Below are positions 50,915-62,339 of a stretch of DNA of 64,000 nucleotides, piece after piece. Below the pieces are notes generated by a model. The model was not told where the DNA came from, did not search any database, and worked only from the letters and a program-made list of their open reading frames with translations. Source of the stretch: Schmidtea nova (lineage: Eukaryota); assembly GCA_044892505.1 (NCBI GenBank), contig CM097882.1, forward strand, positions 394,568,001 through 394,632,000, written 5' to 3'. The translations under genes and the position numbers were made by a program. Numbering within the stretch: the first letter of the stretch is position 1; the number at the start of each line of letters is the position of its first letter.

Positions 50915-53900
50915 GTGAAAGTTGGAATGGCTTGGCCACCGGATATTGTGAAAGACGGCTGCTATGGGCCCCAGCATTCTTTTAAATTCCGGGATAACAT
51001 TGGTAGGGAAGGTGCTCTTAAGAGGTATATGCATATGGTTCGACAAGCGAGACAGGAAAGGCAAATAATTTTAAAAGCTTTAACGGGAAAACCCATCACT
51101 TTAGAAGTCGCATGCAGCGATACAATTGAAGGCGTGAAAGCTAAAAATAAACAAATATCATTTAATGAATCAAATAGACAAAGAGGAAAAATGGTGTCAC
51201 CTGCTTATGAAGCAACATGTATAGAAAAAGATAATTCGGTAGTTAAAGGTGAAAAGGTTAGTAGGGGCATTGGCTATGACAACGAAGATTTTTTAATGAA
51301 TATCGGCCGGAAAATGTTGCAACAAGATAAAAGTTTGAAAGGCTTAGAACCTTTTGTAGGAATAAGGGGAGATAAAGGTAATTATAAAAAGTTCTATAAT
51401 CAAATTATTAAAAATATTAAATTGGGTAATCATGAAGACAGGGTGAATATGAATAAAATAGGGGAATTATTGAGTTTTTATTCAATAGCAAGTGGTGATG
51501 AAAGGACAAGTTTAAAGGATAATAGTTCGCGAGTGAAAGAAAAGGAAACGGAGTCCACTTTACATTTTGTTTTGCGATTGAGACGTGGAATACAGATTTT
51601 TGTTAAGACTCTAACAGGTAAAACCGTAACACTGGAAGTTGAACCGAGGGACTCTATTGAGAAAGTAAAAGCAAGGATCCAAGAGAAAGAGGGAATCCCG
51701 CCTGATCAACAGAGATTGATATTTGCAGGTAAACAATTGGTAGGCGAAAGAATCCTGTCAGATTACCACATTCTAAAGGGGTCTACTATTCATCTGGCAC
51801 TGAGATTGTGTGGAGGGAATGATGAAGAGGAGGAATTAGAGGAAGGATTGAGAAAGAAGAGGAGTGTCAAATATAGATTGACGAAATTAAGAAACAGATG
51901 GATGAATGATATGTTGGCAGAAGATGCAACACATGTCCTTGATGAATATCAGGAAGCTATGGAAAGTGCCATAGAGAGTTTTGAAAGATTGGTGGATATT
52001 AGTAAAAGATTAGGAAGGTCAGATACAACATCGGGGCTAGAAGCGGATTTACAAGAGATAGAAAATAAGAACGAGAAGGTGGAAGAGTTGATTTCGTCAA
52101 AGGCCAATCAGTCAGTTAGGTCGGATGACAGTAATACAATTAAAGAGGTAAATGGAAACGAAACGAAGAAAAGACTAGAAAAGATGCAGAAGATACGGAT
52201 CCAGATATTTGATGGACACCAGAAAGAATATGAAAGTTGGAAAGCTGCTTTCCATACTTGTGTTGATAGTGCCCATGGAGATGATGATGAAAAGATGTTA
52301 CACCTTCGATCCTATCTGAAAGGTGAACCGCTAAGGTTGATCGAAAATTTAGGATTTTCTGCAACGGGTTACAAAATGGCAAAGGAAAAGCTTGATAAAA
52401 GATATGGCGGGGAAAAACGAAATTACTTAGCTGCTCTGGAAGATATCGACAGGTTCCGACCCGTTCGGGAGAATGAAATGCTGGAAATAGAGGCATTTGT
52501 TGGACTATTGGAAACGCTAGAAGTTAGAATTATTAATAATAGACGAGAGGGCGAAATGAACAATAGTTACTTATTGAAGAGATGCCTGCAAAAGCTACCC
52601 AGTTCGCTGCTATACAAGTGGAAGAAAGATTTTAAGGAGGGAAAGGTAACCGAATGTATCCAAGATTTGAGAAATTGGTTACAAGATGAAGTCGAGCTGT
52701 TAAGATCAACAAGAGAAACCCTTTATGGAGTCGGTGATGGCAATAGAAGAAACGATTGGAAGAGGCAGGATGGACCGTCAAGAGAACTTGGGAATCTAAG
52801 GCAAGGGAACCGGACACTTGTTGGGCAAGTAGCAGATTGGAAGGAAGACAAGACAAACATACCAAGAGACGGATTGTTGAGCACAAAGTTGAAGTGTTGG
52901 AAATGCAAGGAAAATCATTACTTGGATCAATGCAGAGAATTCAAAGAAATGAACCCCGCAATGCGACGTAAAGCAGTAGGAGACTGGAAGTTATGCTTTA
53001 ATTGTTTAAAGTCTAATCATGTAGCGTCGGAATGTCGAAAGGCTTCATTCTGTACTAGAGAGGGGTGTAAGCTGAAACACAGTAACCTACTGCATGTGGA
53101 TCAGTCAGAGTCCAAAAGGAAGGAAAACACATTGATGTCGGCTACTAAAGATGAATTATTAAAAAAGGAGCGAAAATACCTAAGCTTGAGGACCATACCG
53201 ATCTACCTTGAGCATGGAGCGAAGAAAATTAAAGTAAATGCGCTGTTAGACGATGCAAGCTCCATTAGCTACATAAGTCAGAGTATTGCAGACGAGTTGG
53301 GTCTAAAGGGGAAAGAGGAAATAGTTCCTGTGAGCGTCATCGGAGGTCATATTCAAAATATGACAACAAGAATAGTCACGATGACGTTGATAAGTTACGA
53401 TCAGAAGATGAGGAAAAAGTTTACAGCTGCAGCGGTGAAGAGTGTAACCGGGGAAATGCGAGTGATAAATTGGGCAAAGGAAAAATGGAAATGGGAACAT
53501 CTAAAGGATATACGGTTTCCAATGCTTGATGAACGACAAGTGGTGCAAGTTCTTATTGGAGCTGATTATTTAGGTTTGCAAAGAGCGCTGAAGGAAGTGG
53601 ATGGAAAGATGGACGAACCAATCGCTAGATTAATTCCGCTTGGTTGGACCTGTGTAGGTGGAAATACGTTGGGCGTGTCATTGACCCACCAAACCAATTT
53701 TGTTCAAACGTATTTATCCAAGGACGAGGAGTTAGTTGGACAGGTAAAGTTGTTCTGGGAAATCGAGAACTTAAAGGAGAACCCGGTGCTCTTGACCAAA
53801 AGGGATCGTGAAGTTATTAAAATTACGGAAGAAAAGATGGTTAACAGAGGAATGTTTTATCAAGTGAGTTTACCGTGGAAATCTGGAAAAGAAGAGTTAT

Positions 53901-56900
53901 CAAATAATACACAAATGGCAATGAAACGCCTAGAAAGTTTAAAGCAAAAATTAGATAAAAATCAAGAGCTGAAGAAGGAATATGAAAGAATTTTGAAGGA
54001 TCATGAAAGTAAGGATTACATTAGGAGGTTAAGTGAACAAGAAAAGGTGGGAACGAAGTGGATGTTACCTCATTTTCCCATTGTAAGAAAGGAAAAAGAA
54101 ACGTCGAAGGTCCGAATTGTATTTGATGCTGCAGCAAAATGTAATGGAAAGTGTTTGAATGATGTTTTGGAAACGGGACCGAAATTGCAAAATGATCTTT
54201 TCGAAATTTTTTTAAGATTCAGACGGTTTAAGGTAGCCATAGTAAGCGATATCGCCGAAATGTATCTACAAATAAGAATAGCAGAAGAAGACAGACCTTA
54301 CTTACGATTTTTGTGGAAAGAGGGTGAGAAGATTGTGCAATTTGAATTTTCAAGACTAGTTTTCGGGTTGAATACGTCCCCGTTTCTTGCACAATATGTA
54401 ACCCAACAACACGCGAGAAGATATGAAAAAAGTTACGCAAGAGCGGCGGAGACCATAATAAAATCTACATACATGGATGACAGCATTGACTCAGTAGAGA
54501 CGGAGGAAGAAGCGCTAATTCTTAAAGAGGATCTGAAGTTACTGTGGGCAGAAGCAGGAATGAGGGCAAGAAAGTGGATGTCAAACTCGATTAAAGTAAT
54601 GGAAACAATTCCGATCGAAGAACAAGCCAAGTCGTTAACAATAGAAGAAAATAGAACAGTCACGATGAAGACATTGGGGATGTACTGGCTTGCAACGGAC
54701 GATTTATTGAGATTTGAAGGACGAACGGCAGACAATGTGAAAATCACGAAAAGAATGTTATTAAGTTGGATAGCACGTATCTTTGACCCTTTGGGAATGC
54801 TTAGTGCATTCACAATTGTTGGCAAATGCCTAATGCAAGAAGCGTGGATGATGGGAAGCAAGTGGGATGATGTTTTACCCCCAGAATTACAAAAAAGAGC
54901 GAGATGTTGGATGGAAGAATGTGAATTATTGAATCGAGTAATGATTCCAAGGAGATTATTGGGGAAGCAAAGCAACCCGTGGCGCTTACATGTATTTGTT
55001 GATGCGTCTAGTACTGCCTATGCAGCGGTTTGTTACCTTAGGGAAGAAGAGAGCGCCAAGGTTAAAATGAAATTTGTTGCGGCACGAGCAAAAGTAGCTC
55101 CAGTTAAAGTAATCACCATTCCACGATTGGAATTGATGGGCGCCTGTTTGGGTCTAAAGTTAGCTAAGAAGGTTGGAAAGGCGTTACAATATGAATTGAA
55201 AAATGTCATGTTTTGGACTGATAGTCAAGATACCTTGCACTGGATTCGTCATCATTCAAGACTATGGAAAACATTTGTTGCCAACCGAGTGAGTACCATT
55301 CAGAACGAGACAGATGCTGAACAATGGCGTTACGTTCCTACCAAGAGCAACCCAGCAGATATAGCTACTCGGGGAATGTCGGCATCAGATCATATGGGAG
55401 ATAATATGTGGTGGGAAGGACCACCTTTTTTAAAACACTTTGAAAGAAATTGGCCAAAAACGAAATTAGATATACAGGTAAATGAAAATAGAGAAAGAAA
55501 GCAAGCGACATTTGTCATAAATTTAGAAGAAGAGCAACCTGGAAAATATCAAGTAAACTGTTGGCAACCTGAAACCTATTCATCGTGGAAAAGATTGCTC
55601 AGAGTAAGAGCATGGGTGCATAGATTCGCAAATAATTGTCGAAACAAAAAGGAACTCCGAAGTGGGGAGTTAACAACCGACGAAATCAAAAAGATTGAAG
55701 CGATAGTAATTCGAGAGGAGCAAAATGAGATCTTTAAGGATGAGATACGAGAGTTAAAAGACGGAAGACCATTGTATAAAAAGAGCAAAATACTGAGTTT
55801 GAATCCAATGCTCGATGAAGAAGGATTACTCAGGAGTAACAGTCGAATCATAAATGCAGAGTTCATGACATTAGAAGCAAGATACCCGATAATATTAAGT
55901 GCAAAACGATGGGTGACTAGACTGATAATAAGAAAATATCATCAAGACAGAGATCACTGCGCCGGAACAAATCATTTATTAAGCGATCTGCAGGAAAGGT
56001 TTTGGATAACGCAACCTAAAAGAGAAATCAAGAAGGTGGAATTTGAATGCCTAATCTGTAAAAAGAGACGAGCTTCTGGACAGTCCCAGAAGATGGCTCC
56101 ACTACCTGCATTTCGATTGACGGAACCATTTAGACCATTTGGAAAAGTGGGGGTTGATTTTGCGGGCCCATTCTTAACAATCCAGGGCCGAGGAAAAGCG
56201 AGGCTAAAGAGATATGTGTGTTTGTTTACATGTTTACAAACTAGAGCAGTGCATCTGGAATTAGTGTACGGGCTAACAACGGATTCATTCATACAAGCTT
56301 TAATAAGATTCATTGGGCGACGAGGAAAACCAGGGTTGATGTTATCAGACAACGGTACTAATTTCGTTGGAGCAACGGGGGAATTGAAAGATGTGATAAT
56401 CGATGGTTATAAGATAACGAAGGAGTTGACAGCTCGGGAGATAAGATGGGTGTTTAATCCGCCAGCCGGGCCACATTTCGGAGGGGTTTATGAAGCGTTA
56501 ATAAAATCGATGAAAAGAGCTATGTCAGCAATAGTTGGCAATGCAGATATTACAGATGAAGAGATGCTGACAGTAGTAGCACGGATTGAAGGATTTTTAA
56601 ATGCCAGACCGTTGACGACAAAGGGGGATGATGAAAAAGGACTTGAAGTACTGACACCTAACCATTTTTTAAAGCCCAGATGGTCAGAAATCGAGACTAA
56701 TGAAATAGAAACTAATAAGAAAACTAATATTTAGCGGCGATGGAAAAGGACGGTAGAGTTAACCAATCAAGTATGGAATAGATGGAAAAGAGAACTTGTG
56801 CCGATATGGATAAGCAGAGCCAAGTGGAGATCAGATCAAGAAGAGTTAACAGCAGGTCAGTTAGTGTGGATTTTAGATAAAGAAAGCGAAAGTGTTGGAG

Positions 56901-57082
56901 AATGGCCATTGGGGAAGATTACAGAGTTAATGATGGGAAGCGATGGACGGACACGGGTAGTAAAGATGTGGAGTAAAGGGAAAGAGGTGATTCGCCCAAT
57001 ATCTCAGCTTTGCCCCTTGGAAGTAGAAGCAGAGAAGCAAGAAAATTTTAAAGAAAAAAAGGGGTTGGCAGAAAAGGAGTAA
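50915..57082 (+). CDS. BEL/Pao Gag-Pol polyprotein with ubiquitin/Hsp90-derived leader; one in-frame TAG at 56732-56734
   Basis: Has a DUF1759-like gag ([16 protein letters not shown]), three Cys-His knuckles, protease ALLDDAS, RT YMDD, RNase H LHVFVDAS, integrase H-H-C-C, GVDFAGP, SDNGTNF and GGVYE. The C-terminal domain continues in frame to 57082. Confidence 0.95.
51263..51541 (+). other. Captured Hsp90 middle-domain fragment in the polyprotein leader
   Basis: [42 protein letters not shown] aligns ungapped with cytosolic Hsp90 [49 protein letters not shown] (about 36/57 by manual alignment to the remembered human sequence). It is preceded by [17 protein letters not shown], versus SEDLPLNISREMLQQSK. 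Confidence 0.9.
51590..51817 (+). other. Complete ubiquitin unit fused to Gag; partial ubiquitin pieces at 51059-51145 and 51551-51589
   Basis: [34 protein letters not shown] matches canonical ubiquitin at 59/76 positions by manual count. Confidence 0.97.
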
Positions 57083-57357
57083 ACAAGGAGAGTTGACGAG
57101 GAGTCAAAAGGGGGGAATGTTCGTCTGTGTGTGCATTTTTATTTTCTCTTCTTCGCGCCTGTGTGCGCAGTGGTTAATTTTGAAAGAATGATAATTTTGG
57201 TTATCACGTCTGTGTGCGTGGTCGTATGTTTGTTTATCGCGTCTGTGTGCGCGTGGGTAATTTGGTTGTTGTTTTTGTGAAATTGATTTTAATTTTTATT
57301 TAGATTTGGTTTTTAATTGAATTTCAAAAAAATCTAGGTGTTTAAATAATCAGTAAC

Positions 57358-58137
57358 ATGTTGGTTTTTCAAAAGGGAGTTTCGCTCAAATTAATGGTGA
57401 CATGGTCTGAAAGTCAACTTTGTGATTTGGAGGAATTTGGCATTGAGAATGAGGTTCCAGTTGATTATAATTCCTTTATTTGTGTTAGTGATGAAAATAC
57501 GTCAACGGATAACGAGAAAGAAGAGGCGTCGGAAGATTATTCAAACATAGACGAATCAGGCAATGATATTAATAATTACGAAAATGACGATCTCAAGCAG
57601 CCTTGTGGAGATAATTCAACACAAGAGCAGGTTTTTAAGAGTTTAAAGGAAATAATAACTAAAACCAGTAAATCGCTTAAAAGAAAACTTGATGACGTCG
57701 ATGGAAACGATAAAGATGTGAAACGAACGAAACTCGATGAAGACAAAACCGAATGTAAGTGTTTTAGAGTTATCCTGAGAAAAGATGCCCTGTATGTGCT
57801 GGCGAGTGAGATGAGGCCATTTGATATCGATGAGAGGAATTACAAAAGAAAACTTTTATTGGCAATTCTGTTACAAGGAGCGTCGAAGAGCGAAGGAGAA
57901 AATTGTTACTCGCTGGAATTAATTGGATTAATCAAATATTCTTGTCAGAGTTCCACGGCGGAATCAGAGAGCTGGTTGTCGATTAAATCCGATCTTTCTC
58001 ATATATCGAGTGATCACATAATCAATATTTCTGGCGAATCAACTGACAACAAGTCCTTAGAAACAATCTCTATCATATATCATGTAATAAATCTTCTGAT
58101 TTCGGTCATTTCGGTCAACAAAGAATTGTCAAACTAA
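57358..58137 (+). CDS. 259-aa ORF in the 3' LTR
   Basis: Translation is identical to 49754-50533. Confidence 0.6.
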   Translation: MLVFQKGVSLKLMVTWSESQLCDLEEFGIENEVPVDYNSFICVSDENTSTDNEKEEASEDYSNIDESGNDINNYENDDLKQPCGDNSTQEQVFKSLKEIITKTSKSLKRKLDDVDGNDKDVKRTKLDEDKTECKCFRVILRKDALYVLASEMRPFDIDERNYKRKLLLAILLQGASKSEGENCYSLELIGLIKYSCQSSTAESESWLSIKSDLSHISSDHIINISGESTDNKSLETISIIYHVINLLISVISVNKELSN

Positions 58138-60529
58138 CATTCTTGGTTTGTGCCATTTTTGGACATATTCCGGCGATTGACGGCACAAATATTGACTTAC
58201 TGTGCATTACACGGGTTGAATGGAATTATCAATGCTGTTTATTTAGTTACGGAAACTAATAAAGATTTTTCTTTGGTCNNNNNNNNNNNNNNNNNNNNNN
58301 NNNNNNNNNNNNNNNNNNNNNNNNNNNNNNNNNNNNNNNNNNNNNNNNNNNNNNNNNNNNNNNNNNNNNNNNNNNNNNNNNNNNNNNNNNNNNNNNNNNN
58401 NNNNNNNNNNNNNNNNNNNNNNNNNNNNNNNNNNNNNNNNNNNNNNNNNNNNNNNNNNNNNNNNNNNNNNNNNNNNNNNNNNNNNNNNNNNNNNNNNNNN
58501 NNNNNNNNNNNNNNNNNNNNNNNNNNNNNNNNNNNNNNNNNNNNNNNNNNNNNNNNNNNNNNNNNNNNNNNNNNNNNNNNNNNNNNNNNNNNNNNNNNNN
58601 NNNNNNNNNNNNNNNNNNNNNNNNNNNNNNNNNNNNNNNNNNNNNNNNNNNNNNNNNNNNNNNNNNNNNNNNNNNNNNNNNNNNNNNNNNNNNNNNNNNN
58701 NNNAAAATAAGCCATGCAGCAAAATGTTCACTTAGTAAAAATTTCTAGCAAAAACTTTTGTTGTTATTTAATAATTATTTAATTATTAATTATTGCTACT
58801 GAGGAGAAACCTCCATTTTATATTATTATTCATATAAGCTTAAATTGAATTTTTTAATTGAGAAAAGTTGAAAAAATTCAAAGTCTAAAATTCATAAAAA
58901 AGTCTAAAAATCAATATGCCAAAACTAGACAAGATATTGTGTTTCTTTTCCATTTAAAAGTTAATAACGTTAATAATTGTTATTTTACGATACCGTATAT
59001 GAAGCATTAAAATGAAATTCCAGAACTTTTATTCTAATATCTTTCTGTTATACAATCTGAGGTGTTTTAATATCGTTATTCGAGTCTAGCACTTTGTCAA
59101 ATATCCGATGGCAGCCTCCAGTCAGTGTATCATTGACTGTAAACGTTACACAAAAGTGGATGATTTGAATTTTGTTATGTATCGAAATCGAGGTGGTATA
59201 TCGCATAACATGCATTTATTATTATAATTAGACGCTTTTAAATCGTAATAATGGTAGCGAAAATATTCGAACTTTCTTGTCGACCAAACGAAACGACAAT
59301 TGTCTCATTTGAATAATATTATAATGAAGAATATGTTATAATTTAATTTGCTTTTATAATTAGAATAAATAATTGAATGATACTGAACGAGTCCTTTACT
59401 TGGGTTTGACTGTTTTGTTAATTAATTGTTTTAATTTGTTGCGGAGTTATACAGTTACTATTCTGACATTGTTTATGAAAATCTTGTCGTTGCAATTCCA
59501 AACATTTCTATTGTAATCCAGGCAGTGGTGGTTCTTTATTGATAGGTGTACCCGAACCCTCGAGTCTAGGGGACATGATTACAAATGCTAGGACTCACTT
59601 GGCAGCTGGACAATTTGAATGAATGAAATACGTTACAAAATGATTTGAGAAAGCTCAAATAAATATTAAGAATAGGTTTGTATAAGAAATAAAATTCAAT
59701 TTAAAATTTAAAATTTAAATTTTTTTTAACCAAGAAAATGTTACATTTTATATTTAATATATATTTTAATTTCTTTTTAATATTTATCGCCGCGCCGTCT
59801 AAGTTGCCAATTCCACGATTCTCACGGCAGTTGGAGGACGTTTTCATTGAGTCGTCGATCACTTTCAGGACAGGTTGGAAATCTGGATTAATTTAGAATA
59901 ATTTATTTATGCTTTTAACATTTGATAATCAAAATATGATTAATACAAATTTGATTAATACAATTGAAGAAAAAACACAGATAATTTAAAAGCGGATGGA
60001 CTGAAAATTTGCATTTATAGCAAATTCGATAGGTCTTCTAACATGTTTGATTTGTAATGACATTGTCTAATAATAAAAAATTAAACATTTGTTGGGGTAT
60101 GCCTGAACCGACACAAAATAAAATACATGTTCAAATCAATAAAAACATAAAAATCTAAAAAGTAATAATTAAAATACAATAATTAAAAAACAATTTTGAA
60201 AATTAAAAATAAAGATTTAGCGTTTGAAACTGAAATGGGTGGATGCCAAATGATCAGGCGTATTCAAAATCTAAAAAGAGTCCACAGAAAGAAATAATTG
60301 TAAGATTAACAAATTAATTAAGAGTTAATTGGCCAATGGGAAACCCGAGCCAATGGGAAACCCGATCAGTGTGAAAAACCCGGACGATCAAGAAGATAAT
60401 TTAATCAACTCAAAGAAAATTGATTTTATGGAAAACCTCAGAACCCGATTGATGGTAAAGTAATTATCTGAGGAAAATAATCTATTTCTAAATTTGAAAT
60501 GAAGTAGATAGTAGGGAAGACCCAGGTAA

Positions 60530-60589
60530 AATAATTAATTCGGAATTTGATATATATTCGAATATATATCAAATTCCGAATTAATTATT
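60530..60589. repeat. Perfect 60-bp palindrome
   Basis: AATAATTAATTCGGAATTTGATATATATTC is followed directly by its reverse complement. Confidence 0.95.
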
Positions 60590-60688
60590 GTTGCCGGGAA
60601 AATATTAAAGAAAATTATTTTGAATTTTAATTTTAAACGTATAATCAATTAATAAAACAAAATCAATTTAGAATAATTATGATAATAA

Positions 60689-60935
60689 AATTAATTATTT
60701 TTATTTTAATAAAAAACTAATCGATTTTAAATATTTGGTAATAAATTTAACACAAAAAATATTTGTTATTAAAAATTTAAATTAAGCAAAACAAAAAATA
60801 AAATAAAATAAAAAATTAATTATTTTTATTTATTAAAAAACTAATAAATTTTAAATAATTGGTAATAAATTTAACACAAAAAATAATTGTTATTAAAAAT
60901 TTAAATTAACCAAAACAAAAAATAAAATAAAATGA
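60689..60935 (+). repeat. Two-copy ~125-bp AT-rich tandem duplication
   Basis: TTGGTAATAAATTTAACACAAAAAATA..TGTTATTAAAAATTTAAATTAA occurs twice. Confidence 0.8.
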
Positions 60936-61442
60936 AATGAAAAGATAAGATTTGATAAATAAATTTTATTCACATATATTTGTTTCTATAATTTTTTCCA
61001 AACAGGTTTGACAACATCATTAAGAATAATTTTCATTACTTCTTGTTTAAACATCTTTTTGTTCGAAGATTCAAGAATAAAATATTAAAAAATAATCATT
61101 CAAAATTAATTAAACTTACTTTTAAGTTGATACATTTTTAATGAAATCTGTAATTTTTAATCAATTTATATATATATATATATATATGTTTTCATAATTT
61201 AATTGACCAATCAGATTTCGTTTAACATAATTTGCCCTTTGTGAATAAATTGATTATTTTTTCTTATATCAACTTTTATAAATTTCATAATGAACATTCG
61301 AAACAGATTTAATGTTGCAAAATTATTACGTGTTAATAATAAAAATAATAAAAATATTAATATTAATAATTCACTGAAAATATTTAAAATGAAAAATTAA
61401 TAAATATTTTGGTAAAATTCATTATTAACAATTATATTCAGT

Positions 61443-61642
61443 ATCAGAACCTTTCTAGCGGAACCTTTGGTAGCAGAACCTCTTTTGTGATGGTTTTTAC
61501 CTGTAAAAGATTCATATTGTATATTCACTTATATACTATTATTGATACATTTTCATTAAATTTATCACGTAGCAGAACCTTTCTAGCAGAACCTTTGGTA
61601 ACAGAACCTCTTTTGTGATGGTTTTTACCTGTAAAAGATTCA
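61443..61642 (+). repeat. Two-copy repeat (period ~128 bp) with internal AGAACCT triplet
   Basis: AGAACCTTTCTAGC.GAACCTTTGGTA.CAGAACCTCTTTTGTGATGGTTTTTACCTGTAAAAGATTCA occurs twice. Confidence 0.85.
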
Positions 61643-62339
61643 AATTATATTTTCATGATTGCAGTTTATGTGAAACCCGATAAAATACACATGTTTGAAC
61701 CAATTGGATTTTATTATCCATCGCTATTGATGAAAAACATATCGTCAATGTTGATGTGAATTGGAAATAATAGAATCTGATACTAGAATCCAATAACAAA
61801 AACATTTGGTAGTACTGTTTAGCATGGTTAATAAAAATGTTTAATAAATAAATATTTGTATTGAAATTTTGAATTAATTTTTATTAATTTTTAGAATTAT
61901 TTGAATATTTATTTATTTATTCTTTTAAATTATCGGAGTGAAGAATTTAATTGGACATGTAATAAGAAGTATCAAAAAATATTTCATTAGTTGCTTACTT
62001 ATCATTTTAATATGTTTACCTAGTTAACAGAGTTTTTATAATGATTTTTAAATTAATTATACATGTTAGTTATCAAGTGAAGAAATAGATGAACAACGAT
62101 TTCAATAGAGCTTTGTATTAAAAGTCATTTGCATTTTAAATATATTCAAAATTTTAATAACTTTAATTAATAAAAAATTTCATTTTAACTATGTAGATAT
62201 TAGTATACCTTTTTGAAAACTGATAATCAACTAAAGATTAATTAAATTATTCAAAGTAATAAATTTAATTTTATGACACGATATTTAGAATCAGATAGTT
62301 TTAAATATCATATCTAGTTAATGCGAAGAGTTAATTGTT

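Larger units (their letters stand above)
49533..58278 (+). mobile_element. Young BEL/Pao LTR retrotransposon; both outer ends fall in N-gaps (inferred start ~49514)
   Basis: LTR copies are offset by 7604 bp. The 3' LTR starts TGTT at 57118 after the PPT AAAAGGGGGGAA, and the 5' LTR probably ends AACA at 50834. The gag-pol has BEL domain order. Confidence 0.96.

Noticed and set aside
52140-56909. Antisense ORFs within the BEL pol
   Set aside because: They are shadows of a long purine-rich ORF and have no recognisable motifs.
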